Shown here in pieces: positions 46,855-56,470 of a stretch of 64,000 nucleotides of DNA. Each line of letters opens with the position of its first letter. Within the stretch, counting starts at the first letter, position 1. The notes below the pieces were generated by a model. The model saw only the letters and a program-made list of their open reading frames with translations, was not told the DNA's origin and did no database searches. The translations under genes and the position numbers were made by a program. The DNA is from Dehalococcoidia bacterium (GTDB lineage: Bacteria; Chloroflexota; Dehalococcoidia; Lucifugimonadales; VXLM01), in assembly GCA_965247555.1 (NCBI GenBank), contig CBDFHR010000009.1, positions 1,604,060 through 1,668,059 of the forward strand. Reading direction: 5' to 3'.

Positions 46855-47883
46855 GTGACTCGCCACCCGATCCGGTACTTGTCGGTGTTGATCTCCGTCG
46901 CGTTACTCGCGATCGCGTGCGCGCAGCCGGGTGGTTCTCAAACTCTTCCAACTCCAACAGCGACAAGCGCCCCGTCTGCCACGCCCCTGCCCACGAGCAC
47001 ACCGTTTCTGGTTCCGACTTCGACCAGCACTCCGGAACCTACCTCTACTCCGACGAGTGTGCCCACCATCACGCCTACGCCTACGAATTCGCCTACGCCG
47101 ACTTCGATGCCTTTGGACACGCCTAAACCTGTCCCGACGGTCACACTGACACCTACGAGCTCACCTACGCCGACCCCACCGCCCGTGAACACTCCTACAC
47201 CCGCCCAGATAGCTACGCCAGTACCTACAAGTTCGGCAACGCCGGTACCAGTAGCGACCAACACCCACACACCCGAGCCTACGGACACAGCGACAGCCAC
47301 AAGCACACCATCGCCGACACCGGTCCTAATTGCCACGAGCGCCCCAACGGCAACATCCACATCGGTAGCAATCGTGACATCGTCGCCGACACCCTTCCCC
47401 TCCCCCACGCTGGTACCGACAACCTCGCCTACGTCTACGCCGACCCCGACACCGTTGCCCACGGCTGTGTCGACTGATACGCCCACGCCGACGCCCGCTC
47501 CTACCGAGACTGCCACCCCGAGTCCGGCTGCAGGCGATGGAAGTGTGGCTATCGCCTGCATCTTCTTCGACGGCGTTGCATCGAGGCAGGAGCCGGACGA
47601 GTACGTGGAAATCGTCAACGCGAGTGAGACCGACCGGGACCTGAACGGCTGGCGTCTCGTGGACGTGTCGGACGGCGGTCCGACGTTCACATTCTCGGAA
47701 TTTGTCATCGCTGCGGGCGGACGTGTGCGCGTGTACACGAACGAGGTGCACGAGGACTGGGGCGGGCTAAGCTTCGGTCGCGGAACGGCGATCTGGAGCA
47801 ACTCCGAACCCGACACCGCAGGACTCTTCGATGGTGCGGGAATGCTCGTCTCGTCTAAGACCTACCCTCCGGGGTGTCCGTAA
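46855..47883 (+). CDS. lipoprotein with Pro/Thr/Ser-rich linker and C-terminal lamin-tail-domain (LTD)
   Basis: Lipobox LLAIAC followed by about 190 aa of PT-rich linker. The C-terminus [22 protein letters not shown]...[18 protein letters not shown] is LTD-like. Confidence 0.7.
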   Translation: MTRHPIRYLSVLISVALLAIACAQPGGSQTLPTPTATSAPSATPLPTSTPFLVPTSTSTPEPTSTPTSVPTITPTPTNSPTPTSMPLDTPKPVPTVTLTPTSSPTPTPPPVNTPTPAQIATPVPTSSATPVPVATNTHTPEPTDTATATSTPSPTPVLIATSAPTATSTSVAIVTSSPTPFPSPTLVPTTSPTSTPTPTPLPTAVSTDTPTPTPAPTETATPSPAAGDGSVAIACIFFDGVASRQEPDEYVEIVNASETDRDLNGWRLVDVSDGGPTFTFSEFVIAAGGRVRVYTNEVHEDWGGLSFGRGTAIWSNSEPDTAGLFDGAGMLVSSKTYPPGCP

Positions 47884-47913
47884 ACAGCTTCACACACGTT
47901 CGCGGGCGCGTGT

Positions 47914-49104
47914 TTACGAGATAACACCCTGCTCGCGTCCGGCCTCCTCGAACACCGACAGAGCGCGGTCGAGCTGCTCTCTCGTGTGCGCCGCCGACAT
48001 CTGGACGCGGATGCGGGCCTCGCCTCGCGGCACGACGGGGAAGCTGAACGCCACGACGAAGACACCGCGGGCATTGACCGCCTGCGCGAGCGCCACGTTC
48101 TTCTTCTCGTCCCCGATCATGATGGGCACGATGGGGTGGTCGCCGGGCACGATATTGAAGCCGAGCTCGTTCATCTTGCTTCGGAAGTGGGCAGTGTTCG
48201 CGTGGAGCCTTTCGCGCAGCTCCGGGCGGGTCTGGAGGATGTCGAGCGCCGTCAGCGCGCCGACCACTATCGGCGGCGCCAACGTGTTGGAGAATAGGTA
48301 CGGCCTTGAACGCTGGCGCAGGATGTCGATGATCTCCTTATGTCCGGTCGTGAATCCGCCCGACGCTCCGCCAAGCGCCTTTCCCATCGTGCTGGTAATC
48401 ACGTCGACGCGGTCGATGACCCCCTGCTTGTCGACGCTTCCCCTACCCGTCGGGCCGAGAAAGCCTGTCGCGTGGGAGTCGTCCACCATCACCATCGCGT
48501 CGTACTTGTCGGCGAGATCGCAGATGCCAACGAGGTCGGCCTCGTCGCCCTGCATGGAGAAGACGCCGTCAGTGGCGATCATGCGGAACCGGGCGTCCTG
48601 CGTCTCCTTCAGCTTGTCCTCCAGATCTCCCATGTCCTTGTGACGGTAGACCTTGCGAGTGGCCTTGCAGAGACGGACGCCGTCGATGATGCTCGCGTGG
48701 TTGAGGGCATCGCTGATGATGGCGTCTTCCGGCCCCAGCACCGTCTCGAACAGACCCGTGTTGGCGTCGAAGCACGAGGTGTACAGGATCGTCGCCTCGG
48801 TGCCGAACCAGCCCGTGATCTTGTCCTCGAGCTCTTTGTGGATGTCCTGCGTACCACAGATGAACCGCACCGAGGCCATCCCGAACCCATGCGTCTTCAG
48901 CCCCTCGACGACGGCCTGCTCGATCTCCTCGCTGTCGGCCAGACCCAGGTAGTTGTTGGCGCACATGATGAGCTCGTGCCCCGTTGAGGTGTCGACCTCC
49001 GCTCCCTGCGGGGTCCTGATGATCTTCTCCTCCTTGTACAGGCCGCTCTCCCGAATGGAATCGAGTTCGTCCTGCAGGAAGGTCTTGACTGCGGTGTATG
49101 CCAT
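47914..49104 (-). CDS. kbl: glycine C-acetyltransferase (2-amino-3-ketobutyrate CoA ligase)
   Basis: Alpha-oxoamine synthase family. Has the N-terminus [22 protein letters not shown], and [10 protein letters not shown] and TSTMGKALG (PLP Lys). A BioF-like alternative cannot be fully excluded. Confidence 0.78.
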   Translation of the reverse strand: MAYTAVKTFLQDELDSIRESGLYKEEKIIRTPQGAEVDTSTGHELIMCANNYLGLADSEEIEQAVVEGLKTHGFGMASVRFICGTQDIHKELEDKITGWFGTEATILYTSCFDANTGLFETVLGPEDAIISDALNHASIIDGVRLCKATRKVYRHKDMGDLEDKLKETQDARFRMIATDGVFSMQGDEADLVGICDLADKYDAMVMVDDSHATGFLGPTGRGSVDKQGVIDRVDVITSTMGKALGGASGGFTTGHKEIIDILRQRSRPYLFSNTLAPPIVVGALTALDILQTRPELRERLHANTAHFRSKMNELGFNIVPGDHPIVPIMIGDEKKNVALAQAVNARGVFVVAFSFPVVPRGEARIRVQMSAAHTREQLDRALSVFEEAGREQGVIS

Positions 49105-49228
49105 ACGGCTCTCCTTCGGCGATTACGTGATGCATGATAGGGTAAGCCGCCCAGTGTGGGATTTCAACGGTTGGCGTGGAGTAGCGGGTTCACGAGCAGC
49201 CTGCCTCACGCACCGAAAAGGAACGGCG

Positions 49229-49489
49229 TCATTCGAGCGGGACGATCTTACCGGGTGGTTGTCGCCTCTGCGCACAATCCCACGCTTGCAGCAGCTCGTT
49301 CCGGCGCATCCCCGCCCACTCTATGACCATTCCTCGGGCGCGGGCGGGTAGCTGTCCATACAACAGGATTGGCGGGTCAATGTTGACTACGGCGCGGCTG
49401 CCGGCGTAACGGGCATGGAAATGAGGCGGTGCATGGTCATCGAAATACATTTGGATGACGATTCCGTAGAACCCGCAGATTTCAGGCAT
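49229..49489 (-). CDS. DUF4160 domain protein
   Basis: FYGIVIQMYFDDHAPPHFHARY is the DUF4160 signature. Confidence 0.8.
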   Translation of the reverse strand: MPEICGFYGIVIQMYFDDHAPPHFHARYAGSRAVVNIDPPILLYGQLPARARGMVIEWAGMRRNELLQAWDCAQRRQPPGKIVPLE

Positions 49490-49808
49490 TGCCCAGGATT
49501 TCCAGCGCTCTGGGCATGACCGCGCCTACGGACTTGCCGGTGAGTCTCATGTACAGCGCATCAGGGCATAGTTCCAACTCTTCGCTCCAAGCGATAGCGC
49601 CGTATTCGGTCAGGTATACCGCTTCAAAGCAGGTGCGATCATCCCATACGCTGAATACTCCGCCGCCTGCCAGATCCGAGAGATCGACTTCACCTGCTGC
49701 GCCGTCTGAGTAACGAAGCCAGATACGGTAACCTTCTCTAGGTTCTACCGCGATAGGTTCTACCATAAGTTCCTCCGCGGTAGGCGCTTCGGTTCTTGTT
49801 CCTACCAT
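49482..49808 (-). CDS. DUF2442 domain protein
   Basis: The segment ...YRIWLRYSDGAAGEVDLSDL...VYLTEYGAIAWSEELELCPDALY fits DUF2442. It overlaps the DUF4160 gene by 8 nt. Confidence 0.75.
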   Translation of the reverse strand: MVGTRTEAPTAEELMVEPIAVEPREGYRIWLRYSDGAAGEVDLSDLAGGGVFSVWDDRTCFEAVYLTEYGAIAWSEELELCPDALYMRLTGKSVGAVMPRALEILGNA

Positions 49809-49829
49809 CGTTCTGTCACCTTGCCATTG

Positions 49830-50204
49830 CTATCGAGAGAGGCGCAATGACATCATAAGGCCATGTATCGGAATCAGCCGCTGCGCTAGGGGATCAACCC
49901 CCAAGAATGCGTTTTCGAGCGCGATTGCCCCAAGCAGCGCTGGCGTACCTTCGTCATTGAACAGCACCTGCGTGATTATCTCTTGGTCCTCAACTCGCAC
50001 CCGCGCGTATCCGACATCCATCGTCCTGACTTCTTCCTGGGCGAACTGGAACGCCTTGCGTGTGGTGGGTTCCACGCCAAGCCGCTTCAGCACCGACGCA
50101 GGCACGGCAGTCATGGTCGCGCCCGTGTCCACGAGAGCGCTCACCGCTACCCAATTCTCGGCGGTCGTGCCGCCAATCTCTATTTCTACCTGAAATGTGC
50201 CCAC
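49830..50204 (-). CDS. retropepsin-like (clan AA) aspartyl protease
   Basis: Active-site LVDTGAT, about 120 aa, and a second-half ALLGAIALE flap-like segment. Confidence 0.75.
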   Translation of the reverse strand: MGTFQVEIEIGGTTAENWVAVSALVDTGATMTAVPASVLKRLGVEPTTRKAFQFAQEEVRTMDVGYARVRVEDQEIITQVLFNDEGTPALLGAIALENAFLGVDPLAQRLIPIHGLMMSLRLSR

Positions 50205-50335
50205 GCTAAATGGCTACCTTCGCATAAGTGGGGAGTAATTCTCTTGGAATCAGTATACAGCGACAGCCCCCTCGCTGCCGCCCTCGTAGGTTCCCACGTA
50301 GTCGACATCCCCTAGCAGAGGCGTTGTCCCAGCAG

Positions 50336-51304
50336 TCACCCGCTGGGTAGAAGGTACTTCCTCGGGATCTCGGCCCCGACGGTGTACTGGATGCGGCCGA
50401 TACGCACCATCTGGTAGACGTTCACGCGGAAGTCGGGGTTGATGCACGCGTGCATGTAGGCGTCGCGCTCGGATACTCCGTACTCGGTCACCATCCACTC
50501 CATGAGGTTCTCGATGGCGCTCTTGACGGCGTCCTCCAGCGGACGGAAGGAGTAGAGGGCGACGATGGAGTCGTCCTTCTCCAGGCGCACGAACGGTATC
50601 GTCTTGTTCTTGATGACGCGGCACGAGAGGGTCAGCTCGCCGCGAGTCTCGTCAGCAGTGCCGTAGAACTCGGTGTCGCCTTGGCTGGCGTGAACGTCCC
50701 CGACGTAGAGCAGGCCGCCCTCGTGGTAGACGTTCAGGTACACGCGCGTGCCCTCTTTGACGTCCCGCACATCGAGATTCCCGCCCCATGGCCCCTGCCC
50801 CACGGCGCTGGTCTCGACCTCGCGGTCGGGCGCGGTGCCTAGGGTGCCGATCATCGGCGCGAGGTCCCACGTGATCTTGTCGTTGAAGACGCCCTTGCCG
50901 TCGCTGGTTGTCCCGCTCGGCCCCGGAAGGTGCTTGATGATGTGGACGAACGGCCCCCTCAGAGACTGCCACTTGTACGAGTCTCCGAGGGGACTCTGCC
51001 CGGGCCGGAAGTTCGTGAATCCCTGCTCGTCGACGATGATCCGCTCGACCGTGACCTCCAACAGGTCGCCGCGCTCGGCTCCTTCTACGAACACCGGGCC
51101 GCCGATGGGGTTGCCCTTCGGCGGCTCGAAGTTTCGCGTCGGGAAGTCCATAAGGTGCGGCGCAACGTCGGCTGACCTCACCAGACCTGAGCCGGCGTCC
51201 TCGGTCTCCACGACGAAGCTCTCGCCCTGCGCGACGCGCATCAGCGGCTCGTCGCGATGATCGAACTCATACTTCATCGCCTGATCGCGGGCGATTCGCT
51301 GCAT
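50336..51304 (-). CDS. acetamidase/formamidase family protein
   Basis: Family-typical segments are GNPIGGPVFVEGAERGD, GGNLDVRDVKEGTRVYL and GDVHASQGDTE. Confidence 0.82.
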   Translation of the reverse strand: MQRIARDQAMKYEFDHRDEPLMRVAQGESFVVETEDAGSGLVRSADVAPHLMDFPTRNFEPPKGNPIGGPVFVEGAERGDLLEVTVERIIVDEQGFTNFRPGQSPLGDSYKWQSLRGPFVHIIKHLPGPSGTTSDGKGVFNDKITWDLAPMIGTLGTAPDREVETSAVGQGPWGGNLDVRDVKEGTRVYLNVYHEGGLLYVGDVHASQGDTEFYGTADETRGELTLSCRVIKNKTIPFVRLEKDDSIVALYSFRPLEDAVKSAIENLMEWMVTEYGVSERDAYMHACINPDFRVNVYQMVRIGRIQYTVGAEIPRKYLLPSG

Positions 51305-51332
51305 TTAGCTGTCACTCAAAACGTTGATCTCA

Positions 51333-53747
51333 TTAGCATTTGTCCGACGCGATGTGGGGGCACTCCAGGAAGTTGGTGCTAGCGTATCTGACCGACCTTC
51401 TGCCAGGATGGTTGAAGTTGTCGATCCCATCCTCGAAGTACCACAGCGGGGACTCATAGCTGTAGTAGTCGTGCGCCCCAAAAGTGGTCGATATGTTTCG
51501 CAGGTTGTTCCTCTTGAAGAATACTCCCGGCGCACCGCCCGTGAACCCAACCGTGCCGAGATGATAGGCGTTTTCTAAGTTTAGTCTAAAGATTGCCTTG
51601 CCGTTCTCGACCCGTCCCGGATGCAGCATCGGATACTGCTTCCCGTCCCCATAGAGGCCCTGCATCTCCATCAGGAACCCGTCAGGATCGGCTGGGTACC
51701 GACCCTTTGGCGCCAGTGGCAGAAACTCGTTCTCCGAGCAAGATGGGCACTCGACGGCGGCCGCGCCGATGGGGGCCATACCCTCTACGCCCCCGGTCTC
51801 GAAATACCTACCCATCTCTCTCCCGGGGCCGCTGGCCCGATACGGGAGAAATTGAGTCCAGTACCAGGGGTTCGTCATGAGTGACATCGCCCTCATGCGG
51901 ACCGGGGCTTCTTCCGTTCCAAAAGCCCGATTCCGCCCTTCTTTGAAGTCCAGCTTGAAACCCATGTCCGCCCACTGGGATTGCATTAGCTCAGCAACGG
52001 GAATGAAATTAGCCCTGAACTCAGAGAAAAACTCCAAATTCCCAGTGCCGTCAAGCCGGTTGCGGAACCCATCCCCATCAGTGTCAATTAACCCAAGGTC
52101 GTCCAGGATTTCGTTGGCCCTCGCAATGTCGCGCTCAGCCAGATATCCGGGCCACTGGTCTCCGGGATAGTACGGCGTCGCAGGATGTGGTACCCACGCT
52201 TGAGGCGTGCCGATCCCAAGGTAGACCAATTGGTTGATTTGGTCACGGTCTAAGCTCAGGGACAACGCCTCTCGGAACTCTTTCGTCCGGAACCACCGGC
52301 CCAGCTCAGCATCAAGGTTGAACTCTGGGTTGATCTGAATTCCGGCGTCGTTGCCATGCGTCTTGGTCCAGCGGCCGACGCTGTAGTCGCCCTTGTCCAT
52401 GTGTGCGAAATACAAGGGGACCTCGGCCAAAACAAAGTCGCCGGCGTAAGGCCCATCCGTTTCCCCGTTCATCGACCTGAAGACGGATGTCGAGATATTC
52501 TCCGCCTTGTTGTAGGTGTAGGTATCGAGGTACGGGAGCTGGTTGCCGTTTGGGTCGACACCGTGGAAGTAGGGGTTGGCGCACAGTCTTTCCTGCTCGT
52601 CGGCCCCACCGTCGCACAGGTAGTAGGCATGTGTAACCGGAGTATCCGCATCATAGCGGATGCTGTATTTTCCCTTCCAGACCTGCGTCCAGTCCTCATA
52701 TCCGCCCTCGGTCATGAGCTTTTTGAATTCGGCGGGGTCCGCGTACTTCGGGTGGAACTTCTTCGAGAAGTGGAAGGGCTCAAAGAAGCACGAGGTCATG
52801 CGAGTACACCCTTGGCCGGCCGCCAGCCTAGCGGCCTCGATGAACGTGTAGTTGGGATTGTCAAAGCTAAGGGTGAGGGTGTGGTCATCGATCTTGGTGA
52901 ACTTGACCGGATCACCGGTCACGGGGTCCTGCAGAACGCCCGGCACGACCGGGAAGAGTTCCTTGTTGTAGTTGAGGTCCTCACTCCAAGCCCACTCAAC
53001 GTCCTGCATGGTGAATGGCGCGCCATCGGACCACTTCAGGTCTCTACGGAGCGTCACGGTGTAGACCCGTCCGTCCTCGCTCGTGCTAAAGGACTTGCAA
53101 GTGGCAGGGTAGTAGCTCAGGCCGTCGTTATCCCATTCCGTGCACGTGCCACCTACCGCGAGACCGGTCATGAGGTTGTTGTAAAGGCGGCTGCCCCAAA
53201 GTCGCGCGTCTCCCCCGTAGATGCCTATCTCATCAACAGGCGCATAGACGAAGACGTCCTCAGGATGGGGCAGACGCTGCTCCACCGGAGGCAGTGAGCC
53301 TTCCCTCACCAACGCCGCGAATCGGGGGTTTTCGCTGAACTTCGTAGGTCTGGGACTGTACCCCTCGCCGTAGAGCAGTGGGACGCCTGGCTCCTGTACG
53401 GGAGGTATGTACTCGGCCGTGGCCATTGCACCCTCCGTGTCTGCAGGCGCCGACCGAGGCTGAGCTGCGGGGGCCGAACCTGTAACGCCGGGCGCTGTGG
53501 GAGCCTCAGGGAGCGAGGCCGGTCTAGCCGGCGCGGCCGGCTGAGGGGCATTGGGCACATGAGGCGCGACGGCCTCTATGGCGGGAAAAGGCGCAGGAAC
53601 GACGGCCGGTTCAGCCGCCCGAGGGGCCGCCGGAGCCTGGGGGGCTGCCGGCTCCTCTGCCGCGCACGCCAGAGCCGCCACTACAGCGAAGCATGCCAAT
53701 ATCAGTGCGATTACGCTCTTTCTCATTACCGTAGACGACATCTTCAT
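51333..53747 (-). CDS. ABC-transporter family-5 substrate-binding lipoprotein with Ala/Pro-rich linker (paralogue 3)
   Basis: Signal peptide plus lipobox (VAALAC) and an AP-rich linker. The body is collinear with the two paralogues at 27-34 kb (...REGSLPPVEQRLPHPEDVFVYAPVDEIGIYGG...). Confidence 0.85.
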   Translation of the reverse strand: MKMSSTVMRKSVIALILACFAVVAALACAAEEPAAPQAPAAPRAAEPAVVPAPFPAIEAVAPHVPNAPQPAAPARPASLPEAPTAPGVTGSAPAAQPRSAPADTEGAMATAEYIPPVQEPGVPLLYGEGYSPRPTKFSENPRFAALVREGSLPPVEQRLPHPEDVFVYAPVDEIGIYGGDARLWGSRLYNNLMTGLAVGGTCTEWDNDGLSYYPATCKSFSTSEDGRVYTVTLRRDLKWSDGAPFTMQDVEWAWSEDLNYNKELFPVVPGVLQDPVTGDPVKFTKIDDHTLTLSFDNPNYTFIEAARLAAGQGCTRMTSCFFEPFHFSKKFHPKYADPAEFKKLMTEGGYEDWTQVWKGKYSIRYDADTPVTHAYYLCDGGADEQERLCANPYFHGVDPNGNQLPYLDTYTYNKAENISTSVFRSMNGETDGPYAGDFVLAEVPLYFAHMDKGDYSVGRWTKTHGNDAGIQINPEFNLDAELGRWFRTKEFREALSLSLDRDQINQLVYLGIGTPQAWVPHPATPYYPGDQWPGYLAERDIARANEILDDLGLIDTDGDGFRNRLDGTGNLEFFSEFRANFIPVAELMQSQWADMGFKLDFKEGRNRAFGTEEAPVRMRAMSLMTNPWYWTQFLPYRASGPGREMGRYFETGGVEGMAPIGAAAVECPSCSENEFLPLAPKGRYPADPDGFLMEMQGLYGDGKQYPMLHPGRVENGKAIFRLNLENAYHLGTVGFTGGAPGVFFKRNNLRNISTTFGAHDYYSYESPLWYFEDGIDNFNHPGRRSVRYASTNFLECPHIASDKC

Positions 53748-53955
53748 CCTCCTTCTGGTGTTCTGCTGCCTGGATACAAGCTGCGCTTCGAGTCGGATGG
53801 GGCCTCTGTTGAATCTGGGTTTAATGTCGATGGTCAGGCTCTAGGTCGGACGATCTAACAATGATGTGATGACAATTAATGGGGCCGACCGTGGTACGAG
53901 GGTAGTTGTTCACTCCGTTGTTCTAAATATAGCTTCCGCTTTCGCCGTGTGCGGC

Positions 53956-53964
53956 ATTATACCA
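53956..53964 (-). promoter_or_regulatory. extended -10 element TGGTATAAT upstream of SBP paralogue 3
   Basis: The minus-strand sequence is ...GAATTGGTATAATGCCGCACACGGCGAAAGCGGAAGCTAT..., about 210 nt upstream of the ATG. Confidence 0.5.
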
Positions 53965-54164
53965 ATTCGCCGCGAATCTTTCAGCGCGGACGAATAGAGA
54001 AACCCTCTGTCGCCATCGATACGGAATTAGTCATGAGTACAGTAGCCTCGTCAGCCGGCTGCCCCAGTTCGTAATTAATTGCTGGCAGGTTACAACCTGC
54101 ATGGGCGATTGCTGCACAAAGAGTGTCCCTCACTCCGATACGGGCATTGCCCGACCGTCCGCCC

Positions 54165-54833
54165 CTAGGACGACGACTTGGTGCCGCGGAAGGGATGGAC
54201 CCAATCGGCGAGGGAGCGAGGGTTCCGGGACTGGACCCAGAGCCTGCCCCTGCCGGAGAACTCCATGATGATCTGGTCGGAGAAGAGGAACGAGCGGATT
54301 TTCGCGGCGCGAGTCAGCCGGTATTCGAGCGTCGAGTCCCAAGCGACGGCGTGGCCGTTGTCGACGATGTACGCGCCGTCCACTTCGATCTCTTGGATGT
54401 CGCCATAGGCGCTGAAGAACAGCGTCCCGGCGCCCGACACGCGGAGGATGAACATTCCCTCGTTAAAGAGACCTCGCAAGCCCTGGAAATCGGAGTTCGT
54501 CGACACACCGGGCGACGAGGCAAGATAAGCGCCCTTCTCCAGCAGCAGCTCCTCGCCGTCCATCTCGTACGCCATGATGTCGCCGGGCTGTCCCTGCGTG
54601 AGTCCGATGGTGCCCGGAGCGCCCTCCGCCTCGTAGGTGTTCTGGAAGAAGCTCTCGCCACCGAGAACCCTCCGGCTCAGACCCGACATGATGCCGCCTC
54701 TCACGGACGTCTCCGCCCGCATGTTGTCGGTCATCCAGGCCATCGCGCCCGACTCGGTGACCAACTGCTCACCGGGATTGAGGGTGACCTCCGCGAGGCT
54801 GTAGCTCGGCCGCGAGTGTATGAAATAGTCCAT
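54165..54833 (-). CDS. AIM24/TIGR00266 (DUF124) family protein, paralogue 1
   Basis: Contains L.PGE.....GAM.WM and SGEGL-type motifs shared with the two upstream paralogues. Confidence 0.75.
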   Translation of the reverse strand: MDYFIHSRPSYSLAEVTLNPGEQLVTESGAMAWMTDNMRAETSVRGGIMSGLSRRVLGGESFFQNTYEAEGAPGTIGLTQGQPGDIMAYEMDGEELLLEKGAYLASSPGVSTNSDFQGLRGLFNEGMFILRVSGAGTLFFSAYGDIQEIEVDGAYIVDNGHAVAWDSTLEYRLTRAAKIRSFLFSDQIIMEFSGRGRLWVQSRNPRSLADWVHPFRGTKSSS

Positions 54834-54835
54834 TA

Positions 54836-55522
54836 CTAGCTCTTCTCCGGGAGCAGTGGGCCGAGCGTCCTGCCGAACTCATCGGGATTGTGGCTCTGAA
54901 CGTAGACTCGACCGTACCCGCTGAAATGAAGTACGAGTCCCTCGCTGGTCAGGAATGAGGATACCCAGCTTCCGCCCGCCTTGCCGACGGAATATTCGAG
55001 CGAGTCCTCGAACGCCACCACGTGTCCAGTGTCGATGGTGAGCCCGCCCTTCACTTCCAACTCCGTGATCGTTCCGAAGGCGTTCACCAGTAGCGGCCCG
55101 ACGCCCTCGACGGTGAGGAACGACAGCGACTCGCCCGACAGCATACCCCGCAGTCCCTGGAACTGCGTGTCGATGTTCAGCTCGGGGGCGGAGCCGAGGT
55201 AGCTCCCGCCCGCGCAGACCCAGCGTGCGCTGCCGTCGCACTCTATGTGGGCCACCTGCCCTTGCAATATGGGAGCCAGGCCGATCTCGGCGTCCCGGTC
55301 GTCGACCACGCTGTAACGCGAGAAGAAGAAATTCTCCCCCGCGATCATCCTCTTGATGCCTGACATGATGCCGCCGCTGCTGCGACTGCGCGTCGTCACG
55401 TCGATATCGACGTTGTCGGACGCGCGGAACATCGACCCCGCCTCGGATACGAACTCCTCCGACGGGCGGAGGTGAACGAGGGCTGAGCCGAACGCGCCGT
55501 TGTCAGCGATCTCTATGTGCAT
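54836..55522 (-). CDS. AIM24/TIGR00266 (DUF124) family protein, paralogue 2
   Basis: ATG 55522 (MHIEIADNGAFGSALVHLRPSEEFVSEAGSMF...) is preferred. The longer track ORF would overlap paralogue 3. Confidence 0.72.
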   Translation of the reverse strand: MHIEIADNGAFGSALVHLRPSEEFVSEAGSMFRASDNVDIDVTTRSRSSGGIMSGIKRMIAGENFFFSRYSVVDDRDAEIGLAPILQGQVAHIECDGSARWVCAGGSYLGSAPELNIDTQFQGLRGMLSGESLSFLTVEGVGPLLVNAFGTITELEVKGGLTIDTGHVVAFEDSLEYSVGKAGGSWVSSFLTSEGLVLHFSGYGRVYVQSHNPDEFGRTLGPLLPEKS

Positions 55523-55557
55523 CTTAGAGCGATATCCCCTATTGCCAAACCGATGTC

Positions 55558-56214
55558 CTATCTCGTGAAGGGCGTCAGCCACGAGGCCAGCCCCGGCATG
55601 GTACGTGTTTGCAAATAAATCGTGCCCGTGCCAGAGAACTTCATTACGAGGCCCTCCCCGGACAGCAGCGTGCTCTTGATCCCGCCCATGCCCTGTATGG
55701 AGTAGCTCAGGGACGGCTCCCAAGCGACCACGTGGCTCGTATCGACGATGAACGAGCCGTCGATCTTCTTATCGATGATCGAGCCGTAGGCGTTGAAAAA
55801 CAGCTCTCCTCTGCCGCTGCACTCCATGAGGAACAGCCCCTCGCCGGAGAAGAGCGCGCGCGCCCCGCCGAACTTGGTGCTCAGCTCCACGCCGGGAGTA
55901 CAGGCCATGAACGAACCACCCGTGAGCATGAGCGAGTCGCCGTTCAGCGTCCTCTGCACGACGCTTCCGGGCTGCGCGGGAGAGAAGGCGATCCCGCCGC
56001 CACTGTCAGTGGAGTACTCGCCTACGAAGAGCGACTCTCCACCCGTAAACTTGCGGATGAGGGCGCTTAAGAAGCCGCCGAGCAGACGCGCCTTCGACTG
56101 AATGTCGGAGTCCATCCACGCCATCGAGCCGCCCTCGGCTATGAACTGCTCGCCCGGACCCAACTGCACTCGCAGTTGCCCGTAGTCGGGATTGCCGACA
56201 ATGTCGATCTGCAT
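55558..56214 (-). CDS. AIM24/TIGR00266 (DUF124) family protein, paralogue 3
   Basis: ATG 56214 (MQIDIVGNPDYGQLRVQLGPGEQFIAEGGSMAWMD...). Confidence 0.75.
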   Translation of the reverse strand: MQIDIVGNPDYGQLRVQLGPGEQFIAEGGSMAWMDSDIQSKARLLGGFLSALIRKFTGGESLFVGEYSTDSGGGIAFSPAQPGSVVQRTLNGDSLMLTGGSFMACTPGVELSTKFGGARALFSGEGLFLMECSGRGELFFNAYGSIIDKKIDGSFIVDTSHVVAWEPSLSYSIQGMGGIKSTLLSGEGLVMKFSGTGTIYLQTRTMPGLASWLTPFTR

Positions 56215-56470
56215 AGGGAAATCGTATCGTCGATTCCATGCTTGTGTCAATCGGATTTCCGACCTGTAAGCCTGTATTCAATTCTGTATTCAATATGGTA
56301 CGCGTTCCTCTGGCAGTCACCATAGGACCATCCCGCCGCACCGGCGAAAGCCAATATCCGGAGTGGTCTGTCATCATGAGTGACACCTTTCCCGAAACCT
56401 CCCACAAGATTGGGCCAAAATCCAGTCTGGTACCCTTCGTTCTCCTTCTGGTAATCTGTCATGCGGAGAG

